In this document: one piece after another, positions 36,943-49,187 of the stretch | Layout: each line of letters opens with the position of its first letter | Position numbering within the stretch: position 1 is the stretch's first letter | Source: Moniliella sp. 'wahieum' | Lineage: Eukaryota | Assembly (NCBI GenBank): GCA_003971905.1 | Contig: RSEE01000054.1 | Location: 62,001 to 126,000, forward strand | Direction: 5' to 3' | DNA: 64,000 nucleotides | Program-made: the position numbers and the translations under genes | Notes under the pieces: model-generated | Databases searched by the model: none | Told to the model about the DNA's origin: nothing | What the model saw: only the letters and a program-made list of their open reading frames with translations

Positions 36943-39900
36943 TCAGCGCGAAGAAAGAGAAGCCAAATCGAAATTGTTACGCGCAGAAATGATCTTGGGA
37001 AGAGAAAGAGGTTTGGTGAACCAGTCAGGGAGATGGTGTGCACCTGGAGTGTAGTGGACTTTAATTTCGCCTCGGTGGATGCGTTCCCGCACCTCGTGGT
37101 ACGAGACGTCAATCTCCCGTATTTTGCCTAGGCTGCCGAGCTTTTCGGCCAACGCTTTGGCAGCGGTGTTGTCAACAAAGAGCTCAATCGGGTGATTAGC
37201 CTTGCAGACACCAAGTTCAAACAGTATGTTGCGAATGAATAGAGCATCTCGAAGGCCATCTCCCATGGCTAGGTATTCAGATGCTGCTGTGTTGCTCACA
37301 CCTTGATTTTGGGACTTGGAGCCCCAGGATACAGGCACACCGAAAACAAAAACAACATGGCCCGAAACGGAGTGAGAGTTGCTCTTGTCTGATGCAAAGG
37401 AGGCATCGGTGTGCAGCTCGAGTAGAGGGCGAGATCGGTTGGGTGTGAGGCACAAAGAGTAGTCAGACGTACCGGCGAAGAAACGTAATAGGTCCTCCGC
37501 TGCGCGTCGGTGGGCGGCGGACGGGTCGTCCATAAACCGCGCTAAAAAGGTAGCCGCAAAGAGGGCATCAGGCCGGGACATACGAGCCGCCCACAAGCTG
37601 GATCCGACAATAGAACGGTAGGCACGGTGCTCGTCTCGAGTGGCACGCTTTTCGTGTTCGGGTCGCTTGGGAGGCGGAAGTTGGTGGCCGATTGGAAGGT
37701 AGCGGGGCCGGTGAGGTGATATGTCATGCGCGGCAAGCGTCTCAGCGATGAATTTGGGTTGGCTGATGTACAGTCGTCCATCGATACGGTCGTATTGGCA
37801 GCCGAGATGGAAACGTAGGGGGCCGTTGGACTTAATTTGGATGCTGCGCCTTAATTCCACTAAGAATTCATCATACGCTTCTTGGGACCGACACGCGACC
37901 AAAAAGTCGTCAGTGTGGACGGCGATTAGGATCAGGCCAAGAGGTTCGGTGCGACGTATGAACAGGCAAGGCTCTGATTTTAGGCTAGTGAAGTGGAGTC
38001 GGTCGCAAAGGAAAGTGCGGAGCCAATCTCCAAAGTTGGCCCCGCTCTGGTGCAGGCCATAGAGACTTTTCTTGAGTCTCCAGCAATGACCGGGCGCTTC
38101 TGGGAAGAAGGGGGGTGGTCGAACATAGACGAGCTCGTTGATATCGGCATAGAGGTAGGCAGCTTCCACATCGGCAGAAAATAAGTGGAGGCCATCAGCT
38201 TCGGCCAACGCAATTAGCGTGTTGACGGCAGCAGTACGAACGGCAGGAGCAAAAGATTTCGCCCATGTGCCAGGAACTTGCCGGTGCCCTCCCACAACGT
38301 AGCGGGCACGGTACTTGAGGAAGTTAGCATCCGCATCCGTCTTAGTACCTATGACCCACATGCCGGGAAGGGGTTTGATCCCTGGGGGGATGGGTACAAC
38401 TTCCTTCACGTCACGCTCGTCAAAACGCCGAAGCTCGAGGCGCATTGCCTCGAGTACGCCATCAAAGGCAGGGTGACCCACCAACTTCTTGATGTTCTTG
38501 GGGGCCACCGGGACCCCATCGGTGGTCAGTATGACCTCGGTGTCACTTGCCGCGGATTCGATTGCGAGTGCAATGGGGGGCGAGCTTGGCTCCGAAGCAG
38601 GTAGCATGGATGTGTCCGGCGCTGGTCCGAAAATACTCACCAAAGCCTGCATTCCTAGGGCGGAGAGGGCGGCCGGGTTGCCAAAGATGCTAGGGGCCTT
38701 GTTGACGAGCAGGGAAAAGGTGCCATCGCGCAAATTGTCGTTGGCTGGAATGGACAGGTCGAGGGGTGGAGCGTTGATACGCGCTTGGCGAACGGGATTG
38801 CGACGCACGAGTGCGGGGACGGCTGTATCGGTCAGGGGCACGGTCACGGGGGCGAGCGTGTCGGTGGGGAGAGAGGGGAGGGGATAGGGCGGGAGAGGAA
38901 GGGGAAGTGGAAGAGGGAGGGGAAAGCAGGACTTGGTGGCCAGTGTCAACGGCATCTTCTGTGATAGTTTCATTTTCTTCGGCTTGCTTTGCCTGGCGTT
39001 GTGCCATGCCTGCGGGGTCAGATGCAACAGGTTGGGGGGATACATGTGGGGGGTTGGAGTTGGTGGGAGTGGGGCCAGGCTCTGAATTCTCATTTTCGTT
39101 GGCTTGAGCCGGGCGATGTGCCTCTGTTTTTCGTTCTTTTAATTTTCTTTTTCCATGGGGGGCATTGTCTTTCTTACCATTAGTATCGCGGGTCAGTTCA
39201 TCTATCGCAAAACGCACACGCCGGGGTGGGGAGCTGTCTGACTTCCCACCAGCACCCATTTCTCCGCCCCCCCGCACCTCTCCGCCACCAGCAGGGACAA
39301 GGGGGTCCAGATGAAAGTGCGTGGGATATTCGGTGGTGTACGGGACATGCGTCCAGGTGGACGGCTTTTTCCAACGGAATCCAACTTGGCCGTCGTCCTG
39401 GTGGATGGCAAAGAGCCACCCCTTCGAACCGCGGCCGTGCCCGTAACCCACCAACATTGCTGGGACGGCCCGCGGACCAAGTTTGCCGCCCTCGCGTTGG
39501 TTGGGCAATAGGTGCAGGTAGGCAAGAGTGCCAAAACCGCGCATGCGAAGGGAGGGTTTGAAGCCATGGTACCGGACAAATCGGCTGTCCCCACCCAGTG
39601 CTTTCGGCGGCGACTGGTTGTGTGCATATGTGGCCGCCAACAAGCTGTGTTCCCACCACTCGTCGGGAGTCAATCTGTTGGCGATTACCATGAGTCGAGC
39701 GCGATCCGTAATCGATCTTATGGCGCGTTCGGCGACCCCATTGGACGCACTTTCGCCAGGATTGGTGCGCTCGCTCACTACTCCCAGCTCGCAGTAAAAC
39801 TCGTCCATTGCGGTGGTGAGTTCAGGCGCATTGTCAGAGCGGACCGTCTGAAGGGGGCGGTCGGGATGTTGGCGATGCTCGCGCCGGATGAAGGCTTGAA

Positions 39901-41895
39901 GTTCGGCTGTGGCATCACCCTTGGACACCAGGGGTAGCGTCCAGGTATACCGCGTAAAGTCGTCGACAATGATAAGGGCGTAAGTATGACCCCGCCGCCT
40001 TGGCGGGATATGTCAAGGACGTCGAGGTGGAGGAGAGAGAAAGGGCGAATGGTTCGGATTGGGCGTCCAGTCGTGGCGTGGGGTGGGGCAGTGGCTCTGC
40101 TTAATGCGCATGGTGCACAGTGCCACGAGGACCGGACTAAAGCGATGTCGCCACTGTTGACCCGTTCGAATGCTGGGTCATCCGACGTGAGGGATGAAAG
40201 TTGATCTAGAGGTGCATGATTCCATCGGATGTGGGCGTTTTTCACCTTGACCAGGGTTGCATCAAGGTTGAGTAGCGAAGTGGCGCTGTTGGCTGTGGCT
40301 GTCGTATTGGGCGCCAGAGTAAGGGAATAGCTTGAGTCGGCGGCGAGACGAAAAGGTTCGCCGTGTCGTCCGAGATAGAGACCATGGCCACCTGGAGGGA
40401 TCCAGCTGCCAATGCCTGCGATAGATAGATGGTAAGCGCTGAGCAGGTTGGTCGGGAAGGTGGGGCAGTACAAGCTGCCGGGTAGGTGGATGCGGATAGG
40501 GGCTCCGTTCTGGGTTTGAATGTACATAGAGATGGTGCCAATGCCTTCAGTGTATGCGATCTGTCCGTTTGCCACTGCTATGGGCTCGCGGTGTGGACGA
40601 AGATTGATAAACGCACTTCGTTCATTGAATACGGATGGTCTCGCACCTGAATCGTGTTGCGCAGGGAGGTTGGCTGGCTTGGGTGGTGTAGTGGCTGCCA
40701 TAGGGGTTACTGCATGGGCAGATGAGGTGGTCTGGGCTGTCGTAGCCGGCCGGCTAAAGTGGCCGCCACGTTGGCCACCACGGTGACTTCCTCTGTACCC
40801 GCTGCCACCTCGGCCTCGTCCGCGGCCTGACACCGTACTGCTTGTTTGGCTGTGCGACGTGGCTTCCGAAGGGGCCGTACTGGAGGGAGCTGGGCTTGAA
40901 CTGGAGGTACTGCCGTAGTTGGAGCCTTTGAGTTCGCTCACTGCTCGGCGCAATTCGGCGTAGCTGCTGTTACGATGGAGGTGCAACCACCCCTGATCAG
41001 TAACGCCTTTCCGTAGCATCTGTGCTAGACCAATCTCGTCCAGCTTGGACTTGGACGTCATCTCGTACTGGGTTACCGCCACAGTGAACTCATTCAGGTA
41101 TTGGCGGCCCGACTTGGTGCCCATTTTGAGAGTGAGAACCTTTATGAGGATATCACAGATCTCAGTGTCTGAAACGGTGCCGTACAAATCACGCAGAGCA
41201 TGATAGTATGCAGACCCTAGAGCCGGCGTGCCATCGCCGGTGATCTGCTGGACGACGTCGGAGTCTATCCACGGGAGTAGAATGTTGGCCAAGTGAGCGT
41301 CCAGTTCTGCGTTATACCCGTCCAGGGCCTTGCCCTGTTCCAGATGCTCACGCGCTCCAGGGATAATCTGGATACGAGGGAGGAAGATCCGGGTCCATAA
41401 CCAAAACGAGCTGTTGTTGTGGAAACGCTCGTGGTACGGCACGTTGCTGCGAGTGGCACTACGGAGGAGCTTGTCGGGAGTCAAAGCCCACGGGTTGTCG
41501 TCGACGGCCGGAGTTGACGATAAGGCACCTTCGTTCTTGCTAGCATTGGGTGGATTCTCACATGATAACATGACAATGGCTTCTGTGGTCGTCTTTTCGC
41601 TGTACCCAAGCTTGATACCAGTGTCCTGTAGCTGTTTGAGGGTGATGTGTTCGGGAAACAATTTGAACATGTTGCGAATGCGGTCGGCGAGGGTGGCGAC
41701 GTCGTTCGCGGTGTTGTCGGGGCCCACGGGGGTGGGTTGAGGTGTAGGGGTAGATTCACGCGATGGTGTCAGCGGCGGGGAGGCGTGGTCAACTCCGACG
41801 GGAGTGGTGCTCTCTTCTGCTCCGGCAGTTGGTGAAGTAGGGGTTGAGGAGTTGAACCAAGACTCCTGAGTCTGAGAGCTCATGATGCTTGCCAT
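36943..41895 (-). CDS. Gag-Pol polyprotein (two frame changes, near 39990 and near 38880)
   Basis: Protease HDSGA...IAVANG; HHCC (HIRWNH...CAPC); integrase HLD, RSDNAPE, NGVAER, SKGW; RT KYRARYVVGG, DVEAAYL, LKKSLYGLHQSG, HTDD; RNase H HTDASFA, FVDN, DWFTKPL. Confidence 0.93.
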
Positions 41896-42001
41896 TAGCT
41901 TACGCAGTTCGAGCAAGCGCTTGTGGATAGGGCCGGCAGCGGAGGACCGAAGAGTGTAAGAGTGGAAGGCTCAGGGCTGAGCGTCAAGAGGATTGTAACT
42001 C

Positions 42002-42218
42002 TGTAAGACCGGAGGAACCCAAGGGATTGGGTGAAGAACCTCTGGAAATGTAGAGCAATGCAATCGCGATGGTGGTGGTTAAGGTCTAAGCCTTGTGCCA
42101 CACCTAGAGACAGGGGTTCAGACAAGCCTGAGTATACACGTGGAGGCTTCGGAGGACAAATCAGGGGTGAAGGGTGATGAGGCGCCTTGGCCTAAGTACG
42201 GGACCACGGGTCCCAACA
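42002..42218 (-). repeat. 5' LTR of the copia element
   Basis: Identical to 36661-36877; lies upstream of gag on the minus strand. Confidence 0.97.
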
Positions 42219-42762
42219 CCCATCACCTCCGTATCACCCGCCGCAGCCGACGGAGCCACCGCCGACGGTTGCCGCAAGCTTGTTTCCTCGCATCTTAGAC
42301 TTGCTCGCCGGTACACTTTCCCAAACCCCATTCACCCCTTGCCCAGCGCCCATTGTCTCTGCCCCCCCTTCACCACCAAAGTCTATTCCCCCCGTGCCAA
42401 TCTCCATTCCCCGCATCGACACTCCTATGTCTCCTCGGCGCACCTGAGCCCCCCCCCCCCCCCGTAAACCTTTCGTGCCCAAACGCACCGGAACGCTGAG
42501 CCTGCTCGCAGCCCCTGTGTTGGGTGTTCGTTCGTGTTGGTGTTTATTACTTGCGCTGCCCCCACCCCTCATTCTGAGATCGATCTCGCTGTCGAACAAA
42601 GTACTCCTGTTCCATAATGTTATGCGGACCCCTCTTTCCGAGTTTGGAGTTTGCCTTCCCCTGTCTTTTCTTTTACGCGTCCCTTTGGTGATGCAGCGGG
42701 GGTCCAGGCCCATCATCCCTGTCTCGCGTCGCTATCGACCCACCGATCCCCCGCCTTCAACC

Positions 42763-43014
42763 TGATGAGGGGAGAATCCTGATCGAGGGTGCGATGCAAT
42801 CGCAGTATAGGGGCGGTTTTGATGGCAGCGGTGGTGCCAAGGCAACCAACGACGTTTGCAGGGCCATCACAGGCAGCCTGTCGCTGCCAGACCTGTCTAT
42901 GTGTGGAACTAAGGAAATAGTAGAGCGAGGCAGCATCGGAGCCCGTCTAGGCTACGCCTGGGCCTGAAAAGAGAGGGGCCGTGGAAGGAGTTTGTGCCCT
43001 ACCCCCTGGCTCCA
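42763..43014 (-). mobile_element. Degenerate LTR remnant, same family as the 45-kb and 55-kb copies
   Basis: Reverse complement ends in ...CTCATCA and shares collinear blocks (GCGATTGCATC, TCAGGA, TTTCCTT...GTTCC) with 54984-55208; no clean TSD. Confidence 0.55.
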
Positions 43015-43610
43015 CCTAAGCGCCGGCAAACTCTTGTAGTCGAAGATATACAGAGGATGGATTGCCGCACGTGGGCTCTTTGGCTGTCTGCGAGACGGTT
43101 GTGTTGGAAACGGATAGGGGTGGGGACGCTAGCGCCATAGATAGCGAGACGCAGGTATGAGGAAAGTCAAAGACGATTAGCCTAAAGAGGAGCAGACACC
43201 TGCATATAATGGTCCGAGGGAACCAATGCCGACTATCCTAAGTGACTACGGAACATATCATTTTCAACAGTGTAGTGTGACGCTGCATAGGAGGTAGGGA
43301 CGGAGGAGAATGCAAAGAAAATGTCGGATACTCGCTGATCGTGTATTGCTGAGTGTGCCCCCATAAGCAAAGGGGATGGAGCGCATTCCACAAGGTTACA
43401 CTCTAAATCACACCTCTTGAAGAGACAAGGCGCGATGACAGTAGGGGTGGGGGTATCATTTGGCAAATGAGAAAGTGCGCCACGGCATGGATGGAGCGGG
43501 GCAGTGGGGGGGCTAGGGGGGGATATGCTGTGGAAGGGAGGGAAAGGGGAACAGGACGTGCAAACAGGTTCGGAGCAACAGTTTTTGAATCGTGACAAAG
43601 GTGGGTCGTA

Positions 43611-43871
43611 TTAGCTGCGGCCGTCTTGGCACCCTTCAGGGTGACGCGGGCGATTGAGGGGATGGTGAAGACTGGCATGGCAATGGCTGCAGTTGCCTGG
43701 ATGGACAAGGTGCGATTCGGTTTTGCACACGGGGCACTCGATGGAGCTGTGTGTGGTGCATAATGTGATGATGCAAGATATGATGGCAGGGGCATTGTGT
43801 GCGTGTTGGTTAGCGGCATGTGGCCCGGAACCAACGCGAGATGCGAAGCAAGAGAAGACATACAAGGCCAT
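43611..43871 (-). CDS. Putative small zinc-ribbon protein (CPVC-x11-CSHC), spliced
   Basis: TATA-like TTATATAA near 43971; ATG 43871; GTATGT...GCTAAC...CAG intron 43863-43747; spliced start MAFSIECPVCKTESHLVHPGNCSHCHA; C-terminus uncertain. Confidence 0.45.
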   Translation of the reverse strand: MALYVFSCFASRVGSGPHAANQHAHNAPAIISCIITLCTTHSSIECPVCKTESHLVHPGNCSHCHASLHHPLNRPRHPEGCQDGRS

Positions 43872-44022
43872 GGTGGAGAAAGAAACGGCTTGGAGAAGAG
43901 AAGGCGACAAGAGGGGGAACGGAAGAAGGGGAAAAACGTTCGCCACAGAAGACAGAAACGCCTGAGTGTTTTATATAACCGCGGGGGGGGGAAGAGGGGC
44001 GGAGGGGGTGACGGGAAGAACC

Positions 44023-44885
44023 ATGTGACATGTCACATCATGCATCATCCGACAGGCGTACCTCTCTCATCCTCGCCTGAGGCCTGAGGCCTTTTGTGGC
44101 TCCGAAGAACAAAAGGGCGTGGGGTAACCGATAAGGCAAGGGTAACTGCGTAGAGTGAAACGCATGGCGCTCATGCGCTCATGGCGCGCGACGGCAACCA
44201 AGCGTGTGACATGGGGATCTGGCGCGGGGCCAACATGTAGGCCGACATTCGCCCCTCTCGGATCCTCGATCCCGCTCCACCGAAGCAAAACAGGGCGCAG
44301 GCACGGCCGCCCACCCAAAGATGGCCACGAGCGCGACTAGGTGGGAGGGGTGGAGCAGCGACGTTGACGTCACCAAGCGTCGCGCTCCCCGCTGTGTGGC
44401 AGCGCGGGATGGGGCCGGGCAGGCGTGTGGCGCGCGCAGAACATTAGTAACCCTGAGCGCCTGAGCCGCCATGCCATGCCGACACTCCGACGGAAGCGCC
44501 ATCAGAGCCCCCATGCAAGCGCGCTGGACTGCCCTGCAGTGCCGCCGTGTGGAGCGGCGCCAGTGTCCCAGCTGAAACAACGTGGCGGCGCTTCCCAGCG
44601 GCGCCGAGGCGGCCAGGAAAATAGGGCCGAGAGGGCGGCGGCGGATCCCCGATCATCGATCACTAGTCACTCGACCACGACCAAGATGGGAAGCACATAG
44701 CGCGGGTTGTGTTGCAAAGGACCGGCCCCTCTGCAGGGCGCGGGACGCGTGAGTGTGCCATGCGCATGCCACACGTCCTGTCAAACTCCCATGGCCGAGT
44801 TTCCACCGAGACGTGCGGTGCACCACACGAGGAGCGCGCCGAGCAAGCGGGGCTGCGGCCATGATGCATGATGCATGATGCCTGA
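44023..44885. repeat. Heptamer-palindrome motifs between the small gene and PKC1
   Basis: 16-bp palindrome ATGTGACATGTCACAT 44023-44038; TGAGGCCTGAGGCC near 44078; TCATCGATCACTAGTCA near 44653; (TGATGCA)n 44862-44880. Confidence 0.8.
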
Positions 44886-44965
44886 CGCACATGAGGATGC
44901 ATTACAGCACACACACCGGGAGAGGCAGCCGTTCAGACGACCAAAACGTATGCCAACCAGACGCC

Positions 44966-45219
44966 AGAAGAGGGAGGGGGGAGTGTTGAGCCATCGGGTG
45001 GCTTGTGCTTTGGCCAATGTCTCTTCCGTTCCTCCTCAGGCCTGGGAGTTCCGTTGTTTTCTCTCTGCTGTTTTTTCCTTGTTCCGCAGCTTAGCCCCTG
45101 GTGGCGACTCGCTCTGCTTGATGTTCCTCTGTAGGCGTTGCTGGTTGGCTTAGGCCCCACCACCACCACCAGTGCGATTGCATCACCCTCGAGGACCATC
45201 AGGACTCCAGGTCTCATCA
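44966..45219 (+). mobile_element. Orphan 3' LTR (44984-45219) with adjacent polypurine tract
   Basis: 18 purines AGAAGAGGGAGGGGGGAG (44966-44983) directly before TGTTGAG; ends CTCATCA; collinear with solo LTR 54984-55208. Confidence 0.8.
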
Positions 45220-45882
45220 TGCATCAGGGAGGGAATGGGAGGAGGCAGTGCAGAGATAAGCGGGCGCCTCGCCTGGAGCGGGGCAGAAGGTGATGCGTGC
45301 GTGCTGCTGATGGTTAGTTGCTCCAGGCACTTGGGTTGCTGCCCTGCCGACCGCCGGAGTTGGAGGGCGCTACTGGCATAAGTCGACCGCACACGGGCGC
45401 CAGACGAGAGAGCGGGGGTGCGAGGGGAGGCAGCATCGGGTTGGCCGACGCAGCCCCCGGCGGAGGGGCGTGGTGTGGCGCAAGCGGGCGGAGGCTGGGG
45501 GACACGCACGGGTGCATATGAGGGGGCTGGCGAGGCCAGGGCGGGAGAGGATCATCGATCATGTGTCGGGTGCCACCCACCAACACGGGCGGGCATGGCG
45601 CGCGTGTACCCAGCACGCGGCTGCCGCTTGCAGGCTGGCCTAGGCTCTAGGCTGGCGCCGCTGACGGTGACCCGCAGCGCGGCGGAGGACGGAGGACAGA
45701 GGGCGAAGACGGCAGCACTCGGCAGCATGACGCAGCATGATGCCAGGACGCGTGACGCAGCACTACGCAGCACGCCGACTGGTGCTGGGTGCTCGCTTGC
45801 GCTCGCTTGTCCCCCCGCACACTTCCCGCCCTGGCCAGTCCGCACCCCACACTCCCCAGCACGCCCGCCTCGCCACCACCCG

Positions 45883-45954
45883 CATCTGTCCCATCTGCCC
45901 CATCTGCCCCATCTGCCCCATCTGCCCCATCTGCCCCATCTGCCCCATCTGCCC
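45883..45954 (+). repeat. (CATCTGCCC)8 tandem repeat just upstream of the PKC1 ATG
   Basis: Seven perfect units and one variant 9-bp unit read directly. Confidence 0.95.
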
Positions 45955-45994
45955 CCCCCCCCCTATACCCACACCTCGCTCGCCCCCTCCCGAC

Positions 45995-48900
45995 ATGCAC
46001 TCCAACGAGCGCGACAAGCTGCTGGAAGTACTCCAGTCCCGCATTAACGCCGAGTGCGTGACGTCCGAGGGCTATCGCAAATTCGCAATGCCCACCGTGA
46101 CTCCAACAATAACGACGCTCAGCGTCTAGCCGAGTCACGCCTCGCCAACAGTGGCAAGAAGATCGAGTCGTACGAGGAGCAGGTCCGCGAGCTCACCGCA
46201 GCTCCCGGCTCACCGCCCAAGAAGCTCACTCCGCTGACCTCATCAAGTACGACACGCCCTCGGCACCGCCAAAACAGTCGCTTGCTCGAACTGCTAGAGT
46301 ACCGGTTCCAAACCGAGATTCAGATCGCCGACGCGACCGAAAAGATGCTCAAAATCTGGCAGGGCTCTCCTTCACCAGACCGCCACTTGATGCACGACAC
46401 TGAGGTCAACTGCGTCGAGGCCAAGTATAAAATCCAGCTGATTGAGCGCGCCCTCGACAAGTACAAGCGCCTCCTCGTTGCCGAGGAACGCACCAACAGA
46501 AAATGGTATGCATTCTCTCCTGCCCCCTCGCCCCCTTTTCACGTGCGAATGGTGTTGACAACGCGGGCTGCTAGCTTTGCTCGCCCAGCGCCGCGAAAAC
46601 CGAAAGTTGTCGGGCACGCTCCAGATCTTCATCAAGAGCGCGCGCTATGTCGATCACCTTCCCCCTCGAGTGGGTACCAAGAAACGTGAGACGTACATTA
46701 CTTTGCGCAGCGACCAGGACGTCATTGCCCATACCAGCCTCTCCCAAACCGACACGTGGGGCGAGAAATTTGAAATCCCGGTGGCAAGCGTACACGATTG
46801 AGCTTATATCCACGACAACTTGTCTAATATCGCGTTCCGTGGTACTGAGAAGGCGCCCGTGGGCTTTGTCTGGATCCGTTTGGCAGATGTGGTTGACGAA
46901 CAGCGTCGACTCAAGATATTCGCTTGCGGCAGCTTATCAACCAAAGTGGCCACACTGATGGCAGCGGCACTGGCTTGTACGACATGGCATCTCTGGGCAA
47001 CTCGCTCCAGGCTGAACCATTACAGCCCATTCATAGTCGAGCCTGAAGGTGCGCTCGAGCTGACAGTCAACTTTATCAAGAGCAATGCGGCCAAGGGCCC
47101 CTATGAAGGTCCCCTAGGCCGTAAAGGTGCCGTACGCAAGCAGCGTCCCGTCAGCCAGAAGGTCACGGTCATGGGTCATCTCTTTGTTAGTACGCAGTTC
47201 TACACGCTTATGCGCTGCGCCGTCTGCGGTGGCAACTTGATCAAAGAAGGATTCGAGTGCGAGCACTGTCACTTTGCTTGTCATCGCCGTTGCTTGGATG
47301 ATGTTTCCCAAGTGTGTTTCGCGCACGATCAGAGACGAAGGAAAGCCGGAAGGGGGCAACATTTCGGAGAACTACAGGATTCCTCATCGCTTCGAGCCCT
47401 TCACCAACATTGGTATAAACTGGTGCTTCCATTGCGGGCACATGCTCCCTATTGGCCGGCGCTCGGCGCGCAAGTGCTCAGAATGTGCCGTTACAGCCCA
47501 TACGGACTGCACGGCTAGTATCCCGCACATGTGCGGGATCAACCCCGAGATCATCCGTGCGCTTAAGCTTGCCCACCCTGCGGCGCCCCGTCCTCGGCCC
47601 GAAAGGAAGGAAAAGCCGTTACCGGCGCCTCAGACATTGACCCAGACCACCACACCGCCTGGGCCGTCTCTGGTTCTTAGTCCCACCCAGCCTTCCTCCT
47701 CCTCACCAGTTACCAGGCCCCCCAGCGCTACCATCCCCGAAGAGCACCCGGTGCCCTACCCCCGTTGGCAACCACACCCTCATCATCAGAGTGCAATTAC
47801 CCTGTCAGTTATAAGGAACAACCGACGCCCGGCCACTCACCTCTAGGTGATAGCATTTCTCTTTACTCGTCCCCTTCATCAGGGTGCGAACACCCACACG
47901 GACCACAGCAAATGCCTACCAGCGACAGAGTGACTTTGCCGCCAGCCCCCCAAATTCCCGCGGCGCTTCCCGAGCCCATCCATCCCAGTCCTCCTCCCGT
48001 TTCTTCTGCACATCCTGCACCCGATCCTCAACTGGCGGTGGCACAGCCAATACCACCGCCTGCTCCGACATCGGGCCAGGACATGCCCGGGCCGAAAGGG
48101 AAGCCTGTCTCGCTGAATGACTTTGTCTTCCACAGTGTACTGGGCAAGGGCAACTTTGGCAAGGTCATGCTGGCTGAGGAGCTTGCGACTGGTGAATTGG
48201 TGGCCAAGGCGTTGAAAAAGGCGCCTTGCATCGAAAATGACGAGGTTGAAAGTCTGCGAAGCGAAAAGAGAGTGTTTCAGGTTGCTTCGCTGGGACGGCA
48301 TCCGTTTTTACTCAGTTTCCACTCGTGTTTTCAAACCACGACACGCATCTACTTTGTTATGGAATACATCTCGGGCGGAGACCTGATGCTCCACATTCAA
48401 AATAAGCGGTTTTCACGCCAGCAAATCAAGTTTTATGCTGCCGAGGTTCTCCTCGCTCTCGAGTACTTCCACGCCCAGGGGATTGTTTACCGCGACATCA
48501 AGCTCGACAATATCCTCCTTAGCCTCGATGGTCACGTCAAGCTGGCAGATTACGGTTTGTGCAAAGAGAACATGTGGGTTGATTCAACGACCACCACTTT
48601 CTGTGGCACACCCGAGTTTATGGCGCTGAAGTACATCCCCCTCCCCCTCCTCCTTTCCCCCTCCTGCAGGCATTTTCGATTAGACACACTCTGGCTGAGA
48701 CTCTTTCTTCTTCCCTAGATTCTTTTGGAAAAGCCCTACACGCGGGCGGTGGACTGGTGGGCGTTTGGCATCATGCTCTACGAGATGATCCTTGGCAAAG
48801 CCCCCTTCTCTGGAGACGATGAGGACGAGATTTTTGATGCGATTTTGGAGGATGAACCGCTTTTCCCGCTTCAGATGCCGCCACACAGCGTGCCACTGCT

Positions 48901-49187
48901 GACGCAACTACTCGAGCGCGACCCAAAGAAGCGGTTGGGAGCCGGGCCAGAGGATGCGGCGGAGATCAAGCGGCACCCCTACTTTTCCGATATCGATTGG
49001 GACGCGCTCTATGCCAAACAAATCCCGGCCCCGTTCAAGCCAACGCTCAAGTCCAAGACCGACACGTCGTGGTTCGACAAGGAGTTTACCAGCGAACGCC
49101 CAACCCTTACCCCGGTCAACTCCCTCCCTCCCCTCCGACCAGAATGAGTTTGCCGACTTTGACTGGACCATGCCAGGACACGCTTAA
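45995..49187 (+). CDS. PKC1: Fungal protein kinase C (HR1-HR1-C2-C1-C1-kinase)
   Basis: Pseudosubstrate [10 protein letters not shown]1 domains (HLF...CAVC; HRFEPF...WCFHCGH), [53 protein letters not shown]; introns 46506-46574 and 48631-48718. Confidence 0.95.

Larger units (their letters stand above)
36661..42218 (-). mobile_element. Full-length Ty1/copia LTR retrotransposon
   Basis: Identical 217-bp LTRs with TG...CA ends; CCCAT TSD at 36656-36660 and 42219-42223; domain order Gag-PR-IN-RT-RH; G-run PPT next to the 3' LTR (complement of 36878-36884). Confidence 0.98.

Noticed and set aside
38870..39995. Programmed ribosomal frameshifting in the copia ORF
   Set aside because: The shifts fall inside integrase and the IN-RT linker, not at the gag/pol boundary, and match the window-wide indel error pattern.
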